Part shown: in pieces, positions 26,900 through 39,949 of the stretch | Position numbering within the stretch: the first letter of the stretch is position 1 | Layout: the number at the start of each line of letters is the position of its first letter | NCBI GenBank assembly: GCA_951406725.2 | Contig: OX597814.1 | Coordinates: 62,620,001 to 62,684,000 of the forward strand | Length of the DNA stretch: 64,000 nucleotides | DNA from: Octopus vulgaris | Lineage: Eukaryota | Direction: 5' to 3' | The notes under the pieces: model-generated | The model's database searches: none | Seen by the model: only the letters and a program-made list of their open reading frames with translations | What the model was told of the DNA's origin: nothing | Translations under genes and position numbers: made by a program

Positions 26900-26976
26900 T
26901 TGAGTGAGGTGGAGGCGCTAGGAATGTGGCTTGAGTACCAAGGGGGCAGCTACCTGAAAAAATTTGGGAACCGCTG
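26900..26976. mobile_element. Possible hAT-type MITE end
   Basis: Ends tttgggaaccgctg, the reverse complement of CAGCGGTTCCCAAA (typical hAT TIR); no partner end seen. Confidence 0.4.
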
Positions 26977-27483
26977 TTTTAAACTGTAATTCAGACGCTA
27001 TGAAATAAGACTTGCGTAATTGATAGAAAAAAAATAAAACCAGTTGTCTCCCCAGGAAAATAGAATAACTATGATTGTGGACCTCCTTATTATAGCTATA
27101 CTTATTCTATTTATAAGATTAAAAATAAAAATAAATAAGTAAAACCAATCACGAATAAAAATACGTAACATTACATAATATAATCTCTTTGGATAGAAAA
27201 TTTGAAGGCTGTCCGATGAAACTCGAACCTCCATTTTCTGTAAACATAACATTAGTTGTTCTAACCATTGTGTTTGATCGAGCATAGATGAAACTTAAAG
27301 CAACTGTCGAAAGCATAAGTGCTGAATCAATATAATTATAGCGTACATTATATACTGAGAATAACTTCTGTTATTTCTTATAAAAACACGCGCTCATTCA
27401 CGTACATACGCGCACACACATTTATGTATGTATGTATTATGTATGTATATATCTATCTATCTCTTTCTCTCTATATATGTATA

Positions 27484-27573
<90 letters not shown>

Positions 27574-27575
<2 letters not shown>

Positions 27576-27873
27576 AAGGCGCGTGGCTCAGTGGTTAGAA
27601 CGTCGAGCTTACGATCGTGAGGTTGTGAGCTCGAATCCCGGACCGGGCTGTGTGTTGTGTTCTTGAGCAAGACACTTTATTTCATGTTGCCCCAATTCAC
27701 TCGCTGTAGAAATGAGTTGCGACGTCATAGGTGCCAAGCAGTATCGGCCCATGCCTTTCCCTTGGACAACATCGGTATGCATGGGCGACTGCTGGTCTTC
27801 CATAAAAAAAAACAACCTTGCCCAGACTTGTGCCTCGGAGGGTAACTTTCTAGGTGCAAACTCGAAGGGGTCA

Positions 27874-27877
<4 letters not shown>
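27574..27877 (+). mobile_element. tRNA-derived CORE-SINE (second family)
   Basis: A box tggctcagtgg, B box gagctcgaatccc, CORE-like ttgtgttcttgagcaagacactt; the 3' part recurs inverted at 54425-54663. Confidence 0.9.
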
Positions 27878-27931
<54 letters not shown>

Positions 27932-27941
27932 GTATATTATA

Positions 27942-27991
<50 letters not shown>

Positions 27992-28014
27992 GTATATATA
28001 TGTGTGTATATAAA

Positions 28015-28628
28015 AGGTAAGCAGAGTTAGCGGTTGTAGTAACCGTCTAAGGGATAATATTTCCGTATTTACTATCGGTATCAATTATCTGTCCTATCTC
28101 TGGGCATGGGTATTCAGGCACTCTAGGCGCATAGGGTAAGATAACCACAGAATAAACAAAAGTTTATCAGGAATCAAATTGAAATAATCAGAAAATGGAG
28201 AAAACTTTTGATCAACAAACAAGCAAATTCAACCACATAACATTTGTTACGGCCGTTTTCACTTCCAATGTTAGTTGATGCTTCCAATGCTTATGAAAGA
28301 AATTCCGAAAATAATATTCGTCATCTTCATAGCACATTCAAGTACATTGAACTTCATCTGAGTGAATACAAATGCATGAAATAAAATGAACGGGGGGATG
28401 ATAAAGAACAGGGCTTCGAGAAAAGGCAGAGAAGGCTCAATTTATAAAAAATCATACCATCTTACAGTGTGGAGCTTCAAGTCGATATGCAAAAGAGTAA
28501 ACTAGCAGTGATCTAGGGAAATATTTACGGGTTATTATTTTCGTAGGCACCGACTAACATTGGAAGAGGCAACGGCCGTAACAAATGTTATGTCATTTAA
28601 AAAATTATCAACCGATGTGGTTTACATG
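28015..28628. mobile_element. TA-embedded element with internal inverted repeat and decayed hammerhead remnant
   Basis: 28197-28275 vs 28553-28628 are inverted; minus strand reads cagatga agttcaatgt..acattggaagt GAAA acggccg TA. Confidence 0.5.
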
Positions 28629-28645
28629 TTGATCAAAAGTTTTCT

Positions 28646-28714
<69 letters not shown>

Positions 28715-28949
28715 TATATATATATATGAAGATTTTATCCTATTTTTAAATTATAAATTTCACCGGAGTATATTCAATACTGAATTTTTATTCCGAATAG
28801 GCACGTTGTTACCGAAATGCAATTCGAAAAAGCCCACCATTTACATAGATGTATAAGGGGTGAACAGTTCTATATGCTACGGTGGATACGATGGTTGTTC
28901 GTCTGGTATGTTGATTTTGTTCATTCATTATAAATCTTGAATCTTGCTT

Positions 28950-29007
28950 GCACCGATGAGTAAAGAGCGCAACCACTGCGTTGATTACGAAATCACTGGT
29001 GATCTGC
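28950..29007 (+). ncRNA. Type I hammerhead ribozyme motif (U4C variant)
   Basis: gca CCGATGA gtaa agagcgcaaccactgcgttga ttac GAAA tcactggtga TC tgc. Confidence 0.75.
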
Positions 29008-29179
29008 TGCTAAATTCTGTTTTTAAATGACTTGCTTCGAGACTTGCATTCGGTACGATATGTTAATTTTGGTAGTTTTGACTTTAAGAGCCCCTCCTAG
29101 CGTGCGACATTTATGTGTAATAATGCCCTCTATATAATATATATATAAACATATGTATGTATATATATATATATATATA

Positions 29180-29492
29180 TATTTAGTGAAGGAAAGAAAT
29201 GGAGCTGAACGAAGATTCTACAGAATTCCTTTTATTATTTTCTACACATGTTTCAAAGGCCGCAAATGTGCTTTTTCATGGGCTCCTAAGGAGCGTTTTG
29301 CTCGAATACCTTGCTGCGCATTTGTTTTGGATTTTTAAATTCCTGGATTTTCCTGAAGAGAATGCTGCAAAATGGTCTCCTTATTCAATCAGAATTTGGA
29401 AATTTGCGGCCTTTGAAACATGTGTAGAAAATAATAAAAGGAATTCTGTAGAACCTTCGTTCAGCTCCATTTCTTTCCTTCACTAAATATAT
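29180..29492 (+). mobile_element. PLE-like element with ~85-bp inverted repeats
   Basis: 29182-29267 vs 29402-29488 are near-perfect reverse complements. Confidence 0.8.
29347..29432 (+). ncRNA. Type I hammerhead ribozyme motif, intact core, long stem II
   Basis: attttc CTGAAGA gaatgctgcaaa..tttgcggccttt GAAA catgtg TA gaaaat. Confidence 0.75.
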
Positions 29493-29619
29493 TAAACTTC
29501 AATTATTGCGACACCCCAAGGTCGTAACTTCAACCGTGTTTTTTCTGTTGTGATTTTTGCTACCCAGGTATCGGTTAAATTTTGAATAATCCTTAACAAG
29601 ATAATTCATTTATCCATTT

Positions 29620-29696
<77 letters not shown>

Positions 29697-29770
29697 CATA
29701 TATATATATATACATACATATATATATACACACATATATATCAAAAGAAAAACAGGATGCAAAGGATTTA

Positions 29771-29857
29771 GCGGTACATATGTTTCTGGCTTTATGAGAC
29801 AGTTTATATCAATGCATAATTGATGTAATATGTATGTCAATAGCCTTCCTCAGCCGC
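29771..29857 (-). ncRNA. Type I hammerhead ribozyme motif, intact core
   Basis: gcgg CTGAGGA a ggct attgaca..tgtctcata a agcc a GAAA catatg TA ccgc; palindromic stem III. Confidence 0.8.
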
Positions 29858-30029
29858 GCACAATTACCACACCAAAGACATGTATTACATTATAAGTTTT
29901 GGAAAAAGACGAGTTTCGTTGGGGATGCAAATCCACATAGTCGTATACAGCATAGCGAGACACCAAAACAAAAACAAAGCGTCCATACCGTTTTTCACTC
30001 GATATAGAATGAGGAGGTTGGATGTTGAG

Positions 30030-30083
<54 letters not shown>

Positions 30084-30084
<1 letters not shown>

Positions 30085-31171
30085 ACAAATTAATAAAAAA
30101 ACATATGCATATATACATACATATATGTACGTACCTACATCTACATGTATATATACATGCATATATGGGTACAGGATACCCATTTCCTTGGTTTTGTGTT
30201 TATGTTTTCGTTTCTCATTGTGTTCGACGTTTTTTTTGTGTCCTGTACCCATATATGCATGTATATATACATGTAGATGTAGGTACGTACATATATGTAT
30301 GTAAATATGCATATGTTTTATTTATTAATTTGCTATTACACGACAGAACGCACGCATCCATTTCTAAGTTTGTTCTTAATATTAATACTGATGCGCACTC
30401 TTAAACTTTCTGTCCCCCTCCCTTTCTCAGCCTTCCCTTTTTCTGGTTCCCTTTCTTCTACCTTACTGTCTCTCCATCCCTCTCTCTCATTCTTCATTCT
30501 TTCTGGTTTTCTCTACAACCATTCCTCTTTTTTCTCCCCCCTTCCCTTTCTCTTACTCCTCCTCCTCCTTCCCGTCGCTGGTCAGCGATGAGGAAACTAC
30601 TGTCTTTTCTGACCTTGCTTCACCCGAGTGTAGACGGCATTTTCTGTGGCTCCTTCACCGTTCTCAAAAATAGCGTTCGTAATATTTTATCTCGTTCGGC
30701 TTAACAGCCCTTCTTGTCTGTGTTACTGTTATTCTCCGTGACCTATCTTTAACTGTTTATATTTTGTACTGTCGTTATTGTCCTGTTTTTGTTACCATTT
30801 TTACCCTTCCGCAGAAAGATCTCAAATTTTATTTAATTTGCTTTTCGAGGGAAGGAAAGTTTCAATCGAAGATGCGTCTCGCCTTCACCTTCGAAACGTA
30901 GAGTAGATGAAACCATGGCGACTGAAGAAGGGGAATTTTCCATGTGTTATTTGTCCTGTACTCTATTTTTTCGTTGTTTAAGAAAAATGTCCAGTTCCTT
31001 GGTTTTGTGTTTATGTTTTCGTTTCTCATTGTGTTCGACGTTTTTTTGGTGTCCTGTATATATACATGTAGATGTAGGTACGTACATATATGTATATATA
31101 TATGCATATATTTTATTTATTAATTTGTTATTACACGACAGAACGCACGCATCCATTTCTAAGTAAGTTTG

Positions 31172-31175
<4 letters not shown>
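30084..31175 (+). mobile_element. Non-autonomous PLE-like element (inverted plus direct pLTR-like repeats), type-II-hammerhead family
   Basis: 30084-30175 inverted vs 30240-30335; 30185-30380 direct vs 30995-31175; the body is near-identical to 41318-42160. Confidence 0.8.
30854..30941 (+). ncRNA. Candidate type II hammerhead, copy 2
   Basis: ggaaagtttc aatc GAAG atgcg TC tcgcc [33 nt] ggcga CTGAAGA agg ggaattttcc. Confidence 0.65.
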
Positions 31176-31214
<39 letters not shown>

Positions 31215-32297
31215 CATACGCGATGCACACACATATGTGTATGTATATGATAAATACAAACATGTATGTGTATGCATACATGCGCACGTGCATATTACGT
31301 TCAATGTTTGAAGTTTGTGTATTTTGTCTCCTTGACACACCTGTAAATTCACTTGCGAAAGCAATATATATGGAAAAAGAAAAAAAAGAAGAAAGTTCTA
31401 AATAAAGAGACAAACAAATATTGAACGAACCAATTACAAAAGGAAAAAGACCAGATGCATTCATACTTTCGTTGTGCACGGCCTATGAATAGAAGTTGTT
31501 TGGTGAGCTTATAATATTTTTTTCTGTATTAAGTGTTACTTCCAACCATTCTAAATCCCACGTGTTATTTTTCAATCAAAGAAATTTTTAGGAATCATTG
31601 GTTACGTTAAAGTCAAATCTCATACATTATAATAATCGATAATAAACGCTTTTCTCGATAATAATCTATTTTCTAATTTGCTTTCCAACGAATAATAAAG
31701 CATTCCCGTGTGTTGGGTAGTTAATATTGTGGGTCTCTGCATGAAGATATAGTTATGAAGACGTAAGAGAGTCTTGTTTTATTTTATAAATGATTATAAA
31801 AAGATCCTTCACTAGTTTATAAAAAATAGAGAGATCGCCTACTTCGGCAAATATCGATTTATAAATATAAAATTCAATATTTTTTGATGCCGTGATAAAA
31901 GGTGAATTCTAACGTTTTGAGAAGAAATGAAATGTTGCTGCTGTTGTTGTCTTATTTAAATATTATCCAGCGCATGTAAACCTACGATCAAAGGTATTTC
32001 AGATATAACCATCCCGTTTTTTATGGATATATAGAACCATGATGTCGATATGTTTTTTCCTTTTTTTAAAGATGAGAAGATATATCATAATTTAAAGGTT
32101 ATTTAGTTTGTTTTTCTTTTTCTCGCAGGTCGAGTGACTACAAGAGTTGCGGTTCTTAACTGTTTGTAGATCAGCATTTCCTTTCACGGATGGTGTTTTG
32201 CAACCTGCCCTCAACATATTTTGTATCTTGTCACTCCGCTAAAAAAAAAAAAAGAAAAAAAACTTACGCAGATCATTTTAATATAGCAGAAGCTAAA

Positions 32298-32495
32298 TGT
32301 GGTGAGCTGGCACGGGCAAAATGTTTAGCAGCATTTCGTCTATCTGAGTTCTGAGTTCAAATTTCGCTGAGGTCGACTTTGCCTTTCATCCTTACGGAGT
32401 CGATAAAATAAGTACTAGTTGAGTACCGGGGTCTATGTAATCGATTTATGCCCTCTCCTCGAAATTTCTGGCTTTGTGCCAAAATTTGAAATCAG
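32298..32495 (+). mobile_element. Nin-like SINE
   Basis: Family motifs as in 15934-16163. Confidence 0.85.
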
Positions 32496-33169
32496 TTTAA
32501 CGGAAGTTAATTTAGTACAGTGATTTATTATCTAATTTAGGATATATTTCTGTCTAGAGATTTGCTTTGACTATTGCGCTTGCTATATGTTAAATTTTTA
32601 TGAAAACTAATAAAAATGACTCTGGAATATAGAAAATTAAAAGAAGTTTTAACATTGGAAAACATCAATGTATCCAAAGTTGGTGACATTTGTTTGCCAT
32701 TGTCTCTACACATGCATCATCCTGTGTAGTTTTACACGAAGCCATAAATAGTTGAGCAGAATAGATCAGTTGTGGAGACAGATCTATTTTAATGTAATGA
32801 TCACAAAAGCCACTAGAACCAGAAGCTGTGACTGCGAAAGGGTAACTGCTAGAGTGGTAACTGGAACATTCACTTAATTCTTGATTCAGTTAATATTTTA
32901 AATAATGTTTGCCTTTAATCATGTGTTCGTATAAAAGTTCCATTGCAAAGTCTATTACCGTTTTGAAATTTCCTCATAGTATTAAAACACATTTCTTCTT
33001 CAACGTTTAAATATGAAAGAAATGAGATCTCCTCCAAACTTACAGATGTTTAGGAATCCTATTGGATCTCTCTCTATCTCACTCTCGCTCTCTCTCCCTC
33101 TCTCGGCTCTTTGAACCTCCAGTACTGTCAGCACAACAGGCAATGAACCTTCACCAAACATCCCGATTG

Positions 33170-33710
33170 TTCTCTTTCCTCGTAGCTCCATTCGGGCCAA
33201 CTCCCATCGCTGCTATGTCACCCCGGAGCGTACTACACCACGTCTTCCTTGATCTTCCACTCAGTGTTTTTCTTCTCCTTCCGGCGTCTGCTCCATCAGT
33301 TTGTTAGCATGTCTCCTTTGTGCTAAATCGAAGAACATGTCCAGTAAGCCGTATCCGCCGCTTAATCGCCACGTTCGGTAAACTACTCACGCCAGTTCTT
33401 CTCCTCATCTCTTTGTTTCTCATTCCCTCCCAATAAGAGACGCCCAGGATTGTCCAGCAATTGAGAGATCTTCGCTGTCTTCTTCCAGGTTTCAATGGTG
33501 TAGAAGGCTATTGGCACAACAATAGATGAGTATAGCTGCAGCCTTCAATCTCCGTATTTTATGAAAGCCTTCAACCTCTATATTGTATGAAGGTGGTGGA
33601 ATACTGACATTGCTTTACCTATAATGGTCTCGACTTCAAATTCTACATCACCCTCGTTGAAAAAACATCTTCCGGCATATATAGACTTACCGATGTACTC
33701 AGGAGTGCAG
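33170..33710 (-). mobile_element. RTE-type LINE 3' fragment
   Basis: ILGVSYWEGMRNKEMRRRTGVSSLPNVAIKRRIRLTGHVLR, typical RTE C-terminus. Confidence 0.7.
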
Positions 33711-33779
33711 TAGGCAAAAATAGACGACTAAGAACTAATCGATTGTTGATGAAATGTAATCAGAAATTACAGATGCTGA

Positions 33780-34850
33780 TGGATGGTCGGATTATAAAAA
33801 AAGCATATGGCATGATGCCGTACAATTGAATAAATAAAACAATGAGCATATTTGGAGCGTCAGAAAATATGGAGAAATTGGTCGAGGAAAGTATGAAGCA
33901 TTGAAGGAAAACATCGAAGAAAACAAAATCTTGGGACAATGAACATCAGATGTATTTTACAAGGTGATAGTTTAACTCTGTTACTATTTGTATTGGGTAT
34001 AACACCGATCACTCTGTTATGACGGAAAACCAAGGTAGCTGATGATTTTGGAGAAGGGTATGAGCAGATATGGATGATGTAAGAATAGAATTCAGTCCTG
34101 AAAAGTGCTCTATTTTAATAATGAAACGGGGAAGATTTGAAGAAAGTCAGGCAATTGAAATGTCAAATGGGCAAAAAATGAAATAGATTGAGAAAGGATA
34201 TGGGTATAAGTATTTAGAAATACTGGCGGAAGATGAAGTAAAACATGAAGATATTAAGCAAGATGCAAGTAGGGAATATACAAGGATAGTGAGGAAAATA
34301 TTACAGTCGAGGTTGAATTCAAGAAATGTCATTGAAGTAATTCATTCAAGAACAGTACCAGTTACCAGATATGGAGCTGATATTACGAATTGGATAAAAG
34401 GCGGAATGCAGAAACTTGACAGAAAAACTAGAAAAATGTTGACTATGTATCAAGTTCATCCCCTAAAAGCTGATATTAGCCGGTTGTACTTGCAGAGAGA
34501 CCGGAGTGGAAGAGGATTAACTGGTGTGGAAGAGTGTGCATGAATTGAACCAAACAATTTGCTTGATTATTTTTTGAACAGCATAGAAAATTTACTGAAG
34601 GCAGTGAATTAAGAATACGTAATCAAATCAGGATCAGATGAAAAGTACAAAAAGGAAATTCAAAAAGAACATGTTGAACTATTTGAAGAGAACTCTTTGC
34701 ATGGCTTTTAGAAGGCAATAAGGATGTGCATCGAACTAAATCGTGGGTGTTGTTGAGAAAGGAACAATTGAAAAAAGAGAAAGCCTTATTACAGCAACTC
34801 AAGGTCAAGTACTGCAAAGAAACCACTTGAGAAAATATGTATATGGGATG
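33780..34850 (+). mobile_element. Dong/R4-type LINE RT fragment
   Basis: QGDSLTLLLFV, YKYLEIL, RKILQSRLNSRNVI..LDRKTRKMLT..HP..DISRLYLQR..GRGL. Confidence 0.85.
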
Positions 34851-35398
34851 AAAGAGGGTAGGCTGGTATAAAAAAGGAAATTAAGTTTATATCTTAGAAA
34901 AGTGTTGCATAATCGATGCTGGAATTTTATAATCGGGTCATTATACTTGTTCATACAATCCTTACATTGCATAGTAGCTAAGATTACTTGTATAAGATAG
35001 CCTTGGATATTTTGGAGTCTACATGTACAGGATTGAAGCGATTAGAACATATTTTGCTATCAGCTGAATATAACGTTATGATCAACGCTTCCTTCAACTG
35101 GATAAGACAGGCAGTTTTTGTTTATATGTTCGTGCATATGTTTCAATAAATGTTATACATATTCTATGAGTATATTAATTTAATCTTCTCCCTACAAGAA
35201 TGAGCCTTGTCATATTACCTTGTAACAGACAGATGTGAGTATACATCGGAGTTACTAAGTGTAGCGGTAAGATACAAAGGGTCACCACATATAGATAGTC
35301 GAAGGCAGAACGAAACAACGAGATAACAACATCGAAGGGGAAAGGAATAGTATTCAAAAATTTATTTTCCGGCAGTGGTTAGTAAAATATACATAGTA

Positions 35399-36508
35399 TC
35401 AGGTCATCCCAAAAGTTCTGTCCGATTTTACCTTTTTTTAGAATTGAATGAAATTTAATAGTATTTTAGAATGTCTAATGGAATTAAAATTATTTTTATG
35501 CATTTGTGTGCATTTAAATTAATTAAACATTATTTTACAGAATAATAGAATTAAAATTTCTTTGATTAAAACCCTTTCTAACATGGAAGTAACCAAAGAG
35601 CATTTGAGGCACATAATACTTTATGAGTACATAAAAGGAAACTCTGCAGCCGAAGCGACTCGAAACATACACTCAGTTTATGGGAAAGAATGCTTGAATG
35701 AAAGAACTTGCGGAAAATGGTTTGCAAAATTCAGAAGTGGAGATTTCAGCTTTGAAGATGAAGATTGAACAGGACGTCCAGTTGAGTATGATAAGCTCCT
35801 TGAGACATTACTTGAAGAAAATCCTGCATTATCAGTTGAAGAATTGGCAACAAAGCTTAGTTAAAACCATACAACTGTTCATCGTCATCTTCAACAACTT
35901 GGAAATGTTCCTAAACCTGGAAATTGGGTGCCTCATGAATTGTCCGAAAGCAACCGCAAATCCCAAGTTGACATCTGCTCTTCTCTCCATTCTCGCGAGC
36001 TCATTTCACCCTCTTCGGATAGACTTATGACTGGTGACGAAAAATGGATCTTCTATCGAAATGTTAAACATCGTAAACAGTGGCTTTGAAGAAAAAAAGA
36101 CCCGCTTTAGTGAATCGAGAAGGTGTGATGTTTCATCAGGACAATGCGCGACCCCACACTGCAAATATCACATCACAGAAAATCGAGCTTGGTTAGAAAA
36201 GAATTCCTCATCCACCCTATTCTCCCGACCATATTCCTTCAGACTACCATTTGTTTCGTAGTTTACAGAATCATTTGAGGGATATATCTTTCGCAAGTCA
36301 GGAGGAGGTCGAAACTGACATTTCAGCGCTCTTCGCTTTGAAGCCAAAAGAATTTTACAATGATGGGATTAAAAAGCTTGTTAATAGATGGAAGGAAGTA
36401 ATAGATAATCAGGGAAAGTACATTGATAATTAAATTTCAATTAAATATAACATTTGATCACTTGTTTTCTATATTCAAAATTCGGACAGAACTTATGGGG
36501 TGACCTGA
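35399..36508 (+). mobile_element. mariner (DD34D) transposon, both TIRs present, internally deleted and inactive
   Basis: TIRs tcaggtcatcccaaaagttctgtccga / tcggacagaacttatggggtgacctga with TA duplication; MEVTKEHLRHI, WVPHEL, TGDEKW, HQDNARPH, HPPYSPD..PSDYHLF. Confidence 0.95.
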
Positions 36509-36722
36509 TAGTAATTGACATCAGTAATGATGTGTTGGTGGCTCGCTGGTAGTTGCTAGTGTGTAAGCTGTGCATACTGTTGACAGAGAGGAAGAAACGA
36601 TAAGGATTACGTTGTACGTTTCCATTCGGTCGATGTTATTGCTCCTGGTTTACGGCTGACACAAATAGAGATGTGTGCTCTCTATTAGCCGTTAATCAAA
36701 GAGAGCGATAGCGAAAGAGTGA

Positions 36723-36772
<50 letters not shown>

Positions 36773-37059
36773 TGTTCTCAGATATATTGGGTATGACCAG
36801 GAATTAGGTCAAACTTAAAACAATCAACTGACCTTTCAGTGACCAGCAAAGGTCCTAGGAAGTCATATGTTTCTTATTAATCTCTTAGTATGGATATAAA
36901 GCACAATAGAATGAGACAACTGTCTGACAAGGAACAAGTGTGTAAATTCGGTTTTGAATCTCAGTTACGCAGGGCCAAGCGAGCTCCTACGACCTGACAT
37001 AAATCCATCCCTCTATTCCTCCTTACCTTCGCTAAATGATTTAATTATCGATACAAATT

Positions 37060-37530
37060 GAAACCATTTGTCTTAGCTGAAGGAACACTATTAAAAGTGG
37101 TAGATAAATTTGCCTTCTGAGAAGCACATTCAGCCGCTCTTGCTCCGAAGATGATGAAATATATTTAAGGCTTCGGAAGCAACTGATTTCTTCAGGTTTT
37201 TTTAGGCTCGTATCTGGTCCCAACAAAGCTTCACAAAACGAACAAAAGTTGCTGCCTACCGTGCATGTGGGCTGATGTCGCTCCTTTAATCATGTGAGAC
37301 ATTTACCTTTTATAGGCATTATGTTGAGGGTCTTGAACGTCTCTTTCTGAGATGTGCGAAAGACAATCCAAATTCTGAGTGTTTTCAGGACTCCAGATGC
37401 AGAAGTCATGAAAGAAGGCAAGGCATTAAGGCAACAGTGCACAGGCATCTTGAACATTGGACCGGACACCTTGTTCGGATGAATGATCGGGAAATCTCTT
37501 GGCAGCTTGTTCAACGTAGGAAACATAAGT
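37060..37530 (+). mobile_element. RTE/BovB-like LINE fragment
   Basis: LKVVDKF..ST.S..DDEI..R..TKVAAYRAC..LL..CET.T.YRH..LER..WTGHLVRMND. Confidence 0.7.
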
Positions 37531-37817
37531 GAAGTGTTTTCGAAAAAAAAAAATGACATGCATTTTTAATGCAGAATTTAAGCAAACTGCTCGAAAACGT
37601 ACCGCCATTGTAATAAATGAGTGAAGCTTGGTCTGCAATACCTGCGGATAATTATGTTTATCAAGAGCTAGACTTAGTAGTCAGCAACGGAGCCCAAATG
37701 TTAAGAATGAATTTTTGTGTGAGTGCATAATATTCATAATGGTCAACGATGGCCTTCCTCTGACACGAGTGGACAGACATCATGCATGCATGTATGTATG
37801 TATGTATATATATATAG

Positions 37818-37850
<33 letters not shown>

Positions 37851-38369
37851 TGTATGTATGTATGTATGTATGTATGTATGTATGTATGTATGTATGCATG
37901 TATGTATGGCTGGATGTATGCCTGCATCCATGCATCCATGCATCCATATATGTATGTCTATGTATGTATGTGTATGTCTATGTATGTGCGTGCGCGTGTG
38001 TATATGTTGTGTGTACGTATATATACATTTTATGATACAACCATATATATTTAAAAATTTATTTCGTTCGACATTTTACTAAGCCTCTGTATTTAATAAT
38101 ATATATTTTTCTTATATTCATTTTTGGTTACAGACATACATACATGGATGCCGCCATCCATCCATCCATCCATCCATCCATCCATCCATCCATCCATCCA
38201 TCCATCCACTCATCTATCCATCTATCCATCCATCCTGGATGCTGCTGTTTTATGATGGTTTCCTACCTTGTCATTGAAAGCTCGAAATAGGGAGTAATTA
38301 ACAGTCGACAACTAAGAAGGGGTTAGACTTCTTTTGGTATTTTGTCAACGCCACGCAGCCTTGTCCACA

Positions 38370-38426
<57 letters not shown>

Positions 38427-38619
38427 TACCCTAATGCCAAAACAAAATGTATATACATATATGTATATACAAAAAGCAAAACAAAAAAAGGAAAGCGATT
38501 TCCCCATGAACGAACACAAAAAAGGAGCAAATTAGTTACTGAGTTTAAAACACCACTAAACAGTTATGTCTGGAAACACATAGCAAAAAAACAAAGAGAA
38601 ACAAAATAGAGGCGAATTT

Positions 38620-39540
38620 CGATCTGGAAGCCTCATGAGATTACGATATGAGAAATATCTCCATTCGAAGAACTCGGAAGCAGTGTCCTGTCAAAAAGCT
38701 AACTTTATACGAACAGACCTGTCTCCTAATGTCACCGTCAATGGTTTAGTGACAACAAGCCAAAACTCACACCAAATCGCACGGGTCAACAAGGGCCGCG
38801 TTACTCAGACTGGGGTCAAAACAAAATATTCAAGACAGACGCTAAGAAATATTATAGGGAAATTGGCAAAAGTAAGATAGAGATAAAGGAACCACCTAAG
38901 ATTGAGAAAGTGGAAGAGTTCTGGAAGAAGCAACGAAAAATAATTTAAAGCTGAAGCTGACTGGATAGACCGTGAGAAAGAAAGACTGCATGAACTTGGA
39001 GGACAGAAGTGGGAAGCAATAGGAATAGAAGAGCTCTTACAAAGTCTCACAAATGGATCGGATACCTAGCTTCTTGTTGAATTGTTTGACAGAAGTATAC
39101 GAAAATCTCGCTACATTTTTAACTGATGTCATTCAGAACCCAGAGCGAATACTTTGCCTGGCTGACTGAAGGAACAACTACCAAAAACTGAGGACACAAA
39201 ACAAATCAAAGAATTACCGACCAATAACATGTTTCAACACTACCCACAAGATCCTCACATCCATAATAACCGAAAGAATGTACGCTTTTCTTGAACAAAA
39301 CTCTTTCTACAAGGCTGGAAACGATATTATTATGGCGCAAAGAACAATTTCTCATAAATAGAATGGTTGTAGAGAACTGCCACATAAATGGATACTCAAG
39401 GCCCTTGAGATATACAAGATCTCTCCTGACGTTTCAAAATCCTTTCAAAATAGCATGGCCAAGAGGAATATGCATCTCCTTCTAAACCATAGTAATGGAA
39501 TGAGCCAATCCAACATCACCTACATCAAACGATCAATTAT
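38620..39540 (+). mobile_element. Dong/R4-type LINE fragment (pre-RT and RT start)
   Basis: WLTEGTT..KNYRPITC..KILTSIITERMYAFLEQN..KEQFLINRMV. Confidence 0.75.
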
Positions 39541-39845
39541 TTGCATTCTTAAAATACAAAACCGAAACACAAAAATATAAAAGGTTATTGTTTGTTGGTA
39601 TTTATTCTAAACTATTACTCTTTACTCATGATGCATACCAATGATAAAGTAATTTATTTTTATTTCTCTAAAATATAACATTACTTGCTCGTTATTTAGA
39701 AATCATCTTCAATAATTTTGTTTTATCAACTGACTTCTTTGCCCCAGATTTATTGTTTTAATTTTCTTGTATTAGTTTTCATCCAGAGAACTTTCATTTT
39801 TGTTTCTTGTCTGTTCTTCCCTTTACACACACACACGCACGCACA

Positions 39846-39917
<72 letters not shown>

Positions 39918-39949
39918 CTCGCTTTCTCACCCACACACAATTCTGCTAG

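Noticed and set aside
27574-27650. tRNA-like sequences (also 15195-15271 and 58041-58115)
   Set aside because: Imperfect cloverleaf continuing into SINE bodies; these are SINE heads.
30893-30905. GAAA-cgtagag-TA as the catalytic half of the type II family
   Set aside because: No stem I can form after this UA, and copy 4 has GTAA. The upstream GAAG..GUC register gives covarying stems instead.
36651-36693. Hairpin acggct..aatagaga/tctctatt..agccgt as pre-miRNA
   Set aside because: Too short with a large bulge; single occurrence.
38430-38610. Possible further GIY-YIG remnant (TPLNSYVWKH)
   Set aside because: Similarity too short to support.
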